Part shown: one piece after another, positions 57,522 through 64,000 of the stretch | Position numbering within the stretch: position 1 is the first letter of the stretch | Layout of the letters: every line of letters starts with the position of its first letter | Sequence record: MZ501268.1 | DNA length: 64,000 nucleotides | Reading direction: 5' to 3' (one strand) | Made by a program: the position numbers and the translations under genes | The notes under the pieces: model-generated | The model's input: only the letters and a program-made list of their open reading frames with translations | What the model was told of the DNA's origin: nothing | Databases searched by the model: none

Positions 57522-58547
57522 TTATTTTGAATCCTTCGGAACCCACCATTGGAATTCGTTAGTCATAACGTCAATGTACGGGTAACCAATAAAGTTGTAA
57601 CGTTGCATTTCTGAAGGAGAGATCTTCCGATAGAACGTATTGCGGTTGGCAGCTTTCATTTGCGGGTTGAACAGTTCAACGGTGCTGTTGAAATCAAGGA
57701 TCAACGACTGGGTATTATACCGCCAGCCCACACACTGCCAGTTACAACTGATTTGGTTGTTGTTCTTAATTAATGGCGTGTCTTTAGTCGTACCAAAGTC
57801 AAACGCATTACCAATTGGGTTCGTGGTACAGATCGCAGCATAAGGCGCACCGATCTTGGTCACGTAGCGATACGTCTGATCCAGGATGATGCGATACGGC
57901 CTGATGGTGTAATCAATATAGTTGTTAACAATGGCGTCCCAATAGGGAACCATCTCACCGAGGTACACCGACGAGCTGTATGTTTGCAGCAAATCCAGAA
58001 TCATGGTGATCGGGTCACCGGAGATATTGGTGTGTGTTGACGTCAACTGATACGGTTCATTAAACTCTGCCTGACCATCAACCATTGACCAGGTTTCTTT
58101 ACGCGCACCCGGTGGTGCAGTAAAGGTATCGATCACGATATCTGGAAAACCGGTCATGGATTCCAAGGTGTTTGATAAGATCGGCAAGAAAGCCTGTTGA
58201 TTATCAAACAGCTCAGAGTAACTATTTCGGGTCACTGTTCCGTCTCGATCGAACATGGAACGGATAGCACCAGGGATCGTATTGGCATTATTTGAGGCCA
58301 ACGATAACAGCTTTTCTTGGCGATTCAGATTATCGTATGACAGGTTAAGGATTGGGCGTGTAAAAAAGGTATACCCCATAACGTCTTTGTTGATGGGTAG
58401 AAAGGCGCTACGGTTACTAAATTTGTTTAGACCCCAATAGTTATGCGCAAGCGATGAGGTTACACTACCATACCCGGACTCCCTTGCAGCCGAGTCAATA
58501 CTCTCGGTCCACAACCCAGGAACGTAGTCGTTGTCGTTATCGGCCAT
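57522..58547 (-). CDS. Baseplate or tail-tube-fold virion protein (phiKZ gp88-like)
   Basis: 341 aa, YTFFTRPILNL motif, paired with the gp87-like gene. Confidence 0.6.
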   Translation of the reverse strand: MADNDNDYVPGLWTESIDSAARESGYGSVTSSLAHNYWGLNKFSNRSAFLPINKDVMGYTFFTRPILNLSYDNLNRQEKLLSLASNNANTIPGAIRSMFDRDGTVTRNSYSELFDNQQAFLPILSNTLESMTGFPDIVIDTFTAPPGARKETWSMVDGQAEFNEPYQLTSTHTNISGDPITMILDLLQTYSSSVYLGEMVPYWDAIVNNYIDYTIRPYRIILDQTYRYVTKIGAPYAAICTTNPIGNAFDFGTTKDTPLIKNNNQISCNWQCVGWRYNTQSLILDFNSTVELFNPQMKAANRNTFYRKISPSEMQRYNFIGYPYIDVMTNEFQWWVPKDSK

Positions 58548-58598
58548 TACTCATCACCTCTTTAAAATAGAATATCCGTTGAATCATAGGAGTGCTTT

Positions 58599-59765
58599 AT
58601 GTTACCAGTCATTACGGGGGCGATTACACTGGCCAGTTCGCTTGCTCTTGTTGCTGAGCGTATTATGGCAGCAAAGAAGACCGCTGGCGAGATTACCGGT
58701 AGTGTTGACAAGACCCTGACTACTTTAGGTCAGATGGGTACACGTGACTTGGTTACGTTTACCAAAGTTACCCGCATGGAACCTCTGGTCTTGTTAGACG
58801 ACAAATTAAAGTTTGATCCGTCTACACCGGAAATCCTGCAAGTGCTGACCAGTTTGATTGCAGGTTACTATACCCAGGCGTTTGCGTTGCTCGGTCAAAT
58901 TGACGGCATCGACGTAGTCGGTACCCTGGATAAACTGAACCCGTCTCGTACTGGTATCGGCCTGAACAACTTCGAAGGCGATCTGGAGAAAGAAGGTCTC
59001 CATAAATTTAGCAATCAGTCAAATACTTCTCTCTATAGTATCGGGATGGAAGCGATGGCTGAAGTGCAGTCTTCTGAGAACAAGCCGGTTAAAATCCAAA
59101 CAGACAAGAACGTGGTGGCAGACATTTCAGCACCCACTAACCTGGCTCTTGGTAAGATGATCAAAGTTACCCTGACCTCTAACGGTAACGTCATCGAAAT
59201 CCCAATCACCATTCGTGTGAAGCCTGTGACCACCACCAGTGAAGCTGTTACTGCTATCCTGGCGATCGGTACCTCGAAGAACACCGTGGCTGAGCGTTGG
59301 AACCGTTTCCGTGCAGGCGAGCTGACCTTCACTAACCTGGCAACCGGTGATGACGTTATTCGTCAGCACAAGAAAATCCTGATTCAGGATACCTCCGGCT
59401 TTTATGCTGAGGTGGTACGCCGTGCCCGTGGCAACGCGAAGAAAGGTGCACTCTCTGGTAACCTGTCTCTGGCAACCGACTCTAACGTGGTGATGATCTC
59501 TGCCTCCACTGCGCTGGAAGTGGGTCGTGAACTGGGTGGTGAACTGTCTAACTTCAAGATCCGTGAAGCGATGTTCTCCAAGGTCTATTCCAACATGCTG
59601 ATCATTGTTGATGACCTGCGTGGAATGGTTTCCTTCTACTACCGCGGTGAATCCCTGCCGAACGTGTTATCACTGCAGGACATCAAGCTGTATAATAAAG
59701 GCAGCGGTCCAGACATCATGTCGATCTTCAGCGCCTTTGCTGAAAACAAAATCCCTTCTCTTTAA
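58599..59765 (+). CDS. Virion head protein (phiKZ gp89-like)
   Basis: 388 aa, IGME putative cleavage site; synteny. Confidence 0.65.
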   Translation: MLPVITGAITLASSLALVAERIMAAKKTAGEITGSVDKTLTTLGQMGTRDLVTFTKVTRMEPLVLLDDKLKFDPSTPEILQVLTSLIAGYYTQAFALLGQIDGIDVVGTLDKLNPSRTGIGLNNFEGDLEKEGLHKFSNQSNTSLYSIGMEAMAEVQSSENKPVKIQTDKNVVADISAPTNLALGKMIKVTLTSNGNVIEIPITIRVKPVTTTSEAVTAILAIGTSKNTVAERWNRFRAGELTFTNLATGDDVIRQHKKILIQDTSGFYAEVVRRARGNAKKGALSGNLSLATDSNVVMISASTALEVGRELGGELSNFKIREAMFSKVYSNMLIIVDDLRGMVSFYYRGESLPNVLSLQDIKLYNKGSGPDIMSIFSAFAENKIPSL

Positions 59766-59777
59766 GGATCTCGTTCG

Positions 59778-60683
59778 ATGAACATTTTTAATTACGTCAA
59801 GAACCTGGTCGGTACTGTCGACAAGCGTGATGTCTTAGGTGAGATTGACGCGTTGAGTGATGAACTCACCCGCTTTACCATCAGCAACTTCGCAAAAGCT
59901 ATCGATGTGAACGTGAACACCGATGGTAGCAACTACTACGTGAAACAACTGAGCCGTGAATTCGCGAAAGTGAAACAGGTCGAAGGGTTGCGTGGACAGA
60001 ACCTGATTATCCAAACCTTTATTACGCTTAAGCAATTAACGCTGACACTGGAATGGATGCGCAAACAGGTTGAGCGTGAATACGGCGGCCGTATTGCTCG
60101 TGAAGCAGTTGACTTCAAACAAGCCAACTTCCTGCGCTTTATCGACTCGATCGATTTCTATCTGCGCTATGCACGCTCCATGCTGCTGGTTGTCACTACC
60201 CTGAACGCCAATCAGAACGAAGACATCACCAAAGGCTTTACCGTTCATGAAATCCGTTTCCTGACCGATACTGCGGTGCACTTCGTTTATCTGACTGCGA
60301 TGTTCGCTCAGCCGGTAAGCGTGACTGAGAAAGTGTTTGATGCCGTACCATCCGTGGTGGTGTCTGATGCTGACCAACAGGCGATCGAAGCAGTGCTCGG
60401 TGCGAAGACCGATGTGACAAAGTCTGGGTTTATCCCACTGGGTTACAATCTGTTCTTCCTGATTGGGCGCGCACGTGCTGAACGCCGTGTTAAACGTCTG
60501 CGTGCTGCTGAAGCGGCAGCCATTGCAACTGAGCTGACCTTAAGCAAGTTGCTGGACAAGCAGGCCGGTGGTAGTGACGATCCGAGTATCCAGAAACAGA
60601 TCGAGCATTACCAAAATCAGTTGAATAAACTGAACCATGAAATTGATGCGATCAATGCATCGGTTTCACCAGTGGTAGCATAA
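59778..60683 (+). CDS. Virion head protein (phiKZ gp90-like)
   Basis: 301 aa with C-terminal coiled coil; synteny. Confidence 0.65.
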   Translation: MNIFNYVKNLVGTVDKRDVLGEIDALSDELTRFTISNFAKAIDVNVNTDGSNYYVKQLSREFAKVKQVEGLRGQNLIIQTFITLKQLTLTLEWMRKQVEREYGGRIAREAVDFKQANFLRFIDSIDFYLRYARSMLLVVTTLNANQNEDITKGFTVHEIRFLTDTAVHFVYLTAMFAQPVSVTEKVFDAVPSVVVSDADQQAIEAVLGAKTDVTKSGFIPLGYNLFFLIGRARAERRVKRLRAAEAAAIATELTLSKLLDKQAGGSDDPSIQKQIEHYQNQLNKLNHEIDAINASVSPVVA

Positions 60684-60693
60684 GGAGTCCGTC

Positions 60694-61233
60694 ATGGCAG
60701 ATCGTGTTAGCACAGGTGCCGAGATTATCTACGGTACCGGCTTTACTTCCCATGGCGGGCCAGGTCAGTCTGGTGTGAAGATCAATGTGGATAACAATGT
60801 TATTGACTTGTATCAACGCATGGCCGCTAACCTGTCGCTGGTTGATAACTTTAACTTCCGTCGTGAAGTGTGTGTCACCGCCGCCCGTTTGTTATTCCCG
60901 CTACCCAATTGGCTGTTAGCCACGCGGGGTAATTACCTGCACTCAAAACATGCGCTGCTGTTTGCGCGTGACTTGGCGAAGGTGGCAATGGAGCAATCGC
61001 CGGACATGTCTATCATGACCCGCATGCGCTTGTTCTCCCCCAACGCAGTGAAGTCTAACCCGGGTGAATTGAATGCATCGAACTTTGATGCGCTTGATCT
61101 GATCCCGAACAAATTTATTGACGAGTTGCGCACTTACTCTAACGGTACGCAGCTGGCCAACCTGACCCGTGATTCACAGCGTGTCAAGGACCTGGTAACG
61201 TCATTATATGTCATGTTTGGTTCTGTTGAATAA
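60694..61233 (+). CDS. Probable virion protein
   Basis: 179 aa, AAGGAG SD. Confidence 0.7.
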   Translation: MADRVSTGAEIIYGTGFTSHGGPGQSGVKINVDNNVIDLYQRMAANLSLVDNFNFRREVCVTAARLLFPLPNWLLATRGNYLHSKHALLFARDLAKVAMEQSPDMSIMTRMRLFSPNAVKSNPGELNASNFDALDLIPNKFIDELRTYSNGTQLANLTRDSQRVKDLVTSLYVMFGSVE

Positions 61234-61270
61234 CAGGCCTCAAAATCGGAATATAGAGGACACGTAAAAA

Positions 61271-62848
61271 ATGAGTAAAGCATACCTCAATACACTGCTG
61301 AGTGCAGGTAATGAAGCGTTTGACGAAGCCGGCCAGCCTGCTCCGGTAGTGGTGGTTGATGCTCCGGTTGAAGTGCCTGTTGTTGCAGACCCAGCGCCAG
61401 TCGATCCAGTTTCACCGGAAGAGCCAGCGCCCGTTGTCGATACTCAGGATCCGACTGAACCAGATCCAGAACCTGTTTCTGTTGTGCTGGCAATCAATGA
61501 AGATGAGAAAGAACTGGTCATCGCTTCTACTGAAGCGGCTCAGGCTGAAATCTCTCTGATCGATTCTGATTGCGCGCTGGAAGAAGTTGAAGACCAGCTG
61601 GGCGAGCAGATCCAGGTTGTGGTTGAAACTGAAAACGTTGTGGCATCCATGGAATCCTTCGTGGGTTCTGCCATGACCATGCAAGACGCGGTTGCGCTGC
61701 AGCAGTGGGTGACCTCTGCAACCCGTGGTGAATACGACCAGGGTAAAGTGGTTGGCTCCCTTGAAAGCTTCGGTAACGACGTCTCTACTGATGACGCACT
61801 GAACGCGGGTCTGGAAGGTCTGGGTGAATTCCTGAAAGCAGCTCGTAACAAAGCTGCTGATCTGCGTAAAGTGATGGTTGCTCGCTGGAACTCGTTCTTC
61901 AAAGATGCCTTCGTGGGCTTTGACAAAGTAGCACGTCGTGCTGATGCACTGGCGAAGCTTGCTAAGAACACTGCCGGCGAATCCAACTCATCTACGATTC
62001 AGCTGCCGCTGGATACTGCATGGCGTCTGGTGCGTGAAGGCAAAGTCTCTGAGAACCTGCCAAAAGATCTGGGTGACCTGAGCAAGTTTGCCAAAGCAGT
62101 CTTTAAAGACAACGCCGAAGCGCTGACCATCCACCGTAAGAAACTGATCGACATCGCGGTTCGTCTGTCTACTGCAGATTACGACGATGCACTGAAGATC
62201 GGTAAAGAGCTGGTTGCTTATGAGCTGCCAGGTGTGGGTGTTTGTAAAACCAAAGTGGTTAACAACTCTAACACTGTTGATGTATTCCGTTCTGATGAAT
62301 TCCTGGGCGGCATCTCAATCTTCTTCTGCAAGCCAGTCGACAAGATCAACGCGCAGTTACCTCTGCCGCGTCAGCTGGGTGATAAGTTCAACAGCATCAT
62401 CGCCACTGACATCAGCATTGCAGAAACCGGTAAGAAAACACCGAAGCTGGATGTTTCTATCGATACCCTGCAGCCTGCTGAGATCGCGAAACTGGCTGAT
62501 GATGTTAACGCCATCCTGGGTGACATCAAACAGTACCGCACCAACTACGGTGACTGGTATGCGTCGAACACTGAGCTGGATCGTGTTATCCACATTCTGG
62601 CATCTGTTCCATGGTCTGGCGATTCCGGCACTACCGTTGTTAACGAATCCGACACCGGTACACAGGTGACCTTCTTTGGTCTGAACAACGACCTGGCTGA
62701 TGTGATTGACGGTATGAACGATACCTACAGCTACCTGACTGTTGCGCCTATCCGTGCACTGACTGCAGAGCTGATGCCAATCCTGAACCGTGCACTGGAA
62801 GTGGGTGAGCGTTCTCTGGCTACCTACAGCGACAACAACCTGGCGTAA
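61271..62848 (+). CDS. Inner-body/head paralog family protein (phiKZ gp93-like)
   Basis: Acidic propeptide with AGNE, SMES, SLES and AGLE sites, then a basic amphipathic helix. Confidence 0.75.
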   Translation: MSKAYLNTLLSAGNEAFDEAGQPAPVVVVDAPVEVPVVADPAPVDPVSPEEPAPVVDTQDPTEPDPEPVSVVLAINEDEKELVIASTEAAQAEISLIDSDCALEEVEDQLGEQIQVVVETENVVASMESFVGSAMTMQDAVALQQWVTSATRGEYDQGKVVGSLESFGNDVSTDDALNAGLEGLGEFLKAARNKAADLRKVMVARWNSFFKDAFVGFDKVARRADALAKLAKNTAGESNSSTIQLPLDTAWRLVREGKVSENLPKDLGDLSKFAKAVFKDNAEALTIHRKKLIDIAVRLSTADYDDALKIGKELVAYELPGVGVCKTKVVNNSNTVDVFRSDEFLGGISIFFCKPVDKINAQLPLPRQLGDKFNSIIATDISIAETGKKTPKLDVSIDTLQPAEIAKLADDVNAILGDIKQYRTNYGDWYASNTELDRVIHILASVPWSGDSGTTVVNESDTGTQVTFFGLNNDLADVIDGMNDTYSYLTVAPIRALTAELMPILNRALEVGERSLATYSDNNLA

Positions 62849-62866
62849 CCGTCATAAGGCAAAGAG

Positions 62867-64000
62867 ATGTCTTTACATCAAAAGCTCCTCTCTGCCGGTT
62901 TGGAGGCGTTTGACGCGCCTCCAGCACTTGCAGACGTTACACCTGCTCAGTTGAAGAATGTCTTCGGTGGAAATGACCCCACTGTACTTGACACTCCTCC
63001 ACCGGGCGTTGAAGTTGTTGAAGTCACCGCACCCAGTCCATTTGATCCAGGTTATGTAGATAGCGAAGAGCTGCTGCGTGAAGAAACTGAAGCCCGTTTA
63101 GCGATCGTGTCTATCATCGAAGCTGAACGTGAAGAAGAAGACTCGCGTGCTGCTGTTTACGAACTGCGTCGCCTGTCCGATGGTCTGGAAGGGCTGATGG
63201 TTGAAATTCAGAATGTTAACAATCCTGAAGAACCAACCGAAGATGAACTGGCTATGTTGCGTTCAACCGCAATGCAGGTGCGCAAAGAACTCCTGGAAGA
63301 TGACGAGCAACAGCTGGTGATCGACGTGGAGAACGGCGTGCTGGTCGGTTCACAAGAAGGCCTGGCAGATGCGCTCAGTAATGTGGCGAAGAAGATCGGC
63401 TTTGCATTAGGGAATGCTGCGAAAGGTTTATTGAGTAAAGGCGAGCAGGCGAAGAAGCCGTTGTCTTATAACCGTAAACTGGCAGCTGAACTGAAAGCGA
63501 AGATCGATAAGCTCGGGACTACCGAGTTTGCCTTTACCATGCCAGCTGATCTGGTGCGGCAGATTCGTGTGAGTGAATCCGGTTCGGTTGATGCGATCAA
63601 AGCAGTATCAGATTTCCCTGCAGCACTTGAAGCCTGGTATCTGACTCCTGCCGATGCAGCAATGAATCTGTTTGAGAAACACGCTAACATCCTGCAGTCT
63701 GTTGCCAGTAGCAAAAGTCGCGAAGAGTTCATCACGAACTATGCGAAACTTGGCTCTCTGGCTCCACCGCTTCCTGCTGGTGCCAAACGCCTGGATCCGA
63801 TTAACACGAAGAACTATATCTTCGACGTTAGTGAACATCACCCAACCATGGGTCATGTGGCTCGCTACTATTATGTTGCGCGTCCGGATGTGGGTAAAAC
63901 ACCTGAAGATAAAGCGCTGGACAATGTCATTGCCCTGGCACAGTACTCAACCGGGATCTATCCGTTCGATAAGATCTCTGGGCGTAAAGCCACTGACGAG
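62867..64000 (+). CDS. Second gp93-family head protein, 3' truncated by the window (not in ORF track)
   Basis: ATG 62867 MSLHQKLLSAGLEAFD matches LLSAGNEAFD of the upstream gene; acidic propeptide with GSQE site; appears open to the window end. Confidence 0.75.
   Translation, partial: MSLHQKLLSAGLEAFDAPPALADVTPAQLKNVFGGNDPTVLDTPPPGVEVVEVTAPSPFDPGYVDSEELLREETEARLAIVSIIEAEREEEDSRAAVYELRRLSDGLEGLMVEIQNVNNPEEPTEDELAMLRSTAMQVRKELLEDDEQQLVIDVENGVLVGSQEGLADALSNVAKKIGFALGNAAKGLLSKGEQAKKPLSYNRKLAAELKAKIDKLGTTEFAFTMPADLVRQIRVSESGSVDAIKAVSDFPAALEAWYLTPADAAMNLFEKHANILQSVASSKSREEFITNYAKLGSLAPPLPAGAKRLDPINTKNYIFDVSEHHPTMGHVARYYYVARPDVGKTPEDKALDNVIALAQYSTGIYPFDKISGRKATDE

Noticed and set aside
821-63856. 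The many antisense or alternate-frame ORFs in the track (e.g. 821-1252, 1952-2692, 15811-16563, 23169-24398, 45069-45875)
   Set aside because: They lie fully inside well-supported genes, lack SD sequences or motifs, and are expected shadows of biased codon usage.
1-64000. tRNA, rRNA, CRISPR arrays, IS elements or integrases
   Set aside because: No cloverleaf/T-loop consensus, regular direct-repeat arrays or transposase/recombinase motifs were seen by eye; tRNAscan-SE and CRISPR finders were not run.

Overview
This window comes from a phiKZ-like, nucleus-forming jumbo phage (Chimalliviridae-type). No host can be assigned from the sequence. No database searches were run: names rest on motifs read directly from the sequence plus recalled phiKZ gene order, so the gp numbers are homology inferences. 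Layout: (1) about 420 nt of hairpin-rich non-coding DNA, then chimallin and the catalytic nvRNAP beta' N-half; (2) early accessory genes, including a triplet of HExxH paralogs; (3) the conserved nucleus/replication block (SbcD-like nuclease, ChmC-like, gp68-like, PicA-like, gp70-like, nvRNAP beta C-half, beta' C-half, SF2 helicase); (4) a second accessory region; (5) a minus-strand 547-aa gene with an apparent -1 frameshift extension, then the vRNAP gp80-like subunit; (6) an island with a Tad2/DUF2829-like gene and four tandem paralogs; (7) the DNA polymerase B exonuclease-containing subunit, then head and baseplate virion genes. The best leads are the tail-chaperone-like U-tract frameshift at about 35514-35524, the structured region upstream of chimallin, a recurring hairpin+TTATGCCG element that is mirror-symmetric between convergent genes, the Tad2-anchored paralog island, and three low-complexity domains in nucleus-block proteins. 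I saw no tRNA, rRNA, CRISPR array, intron or intein.
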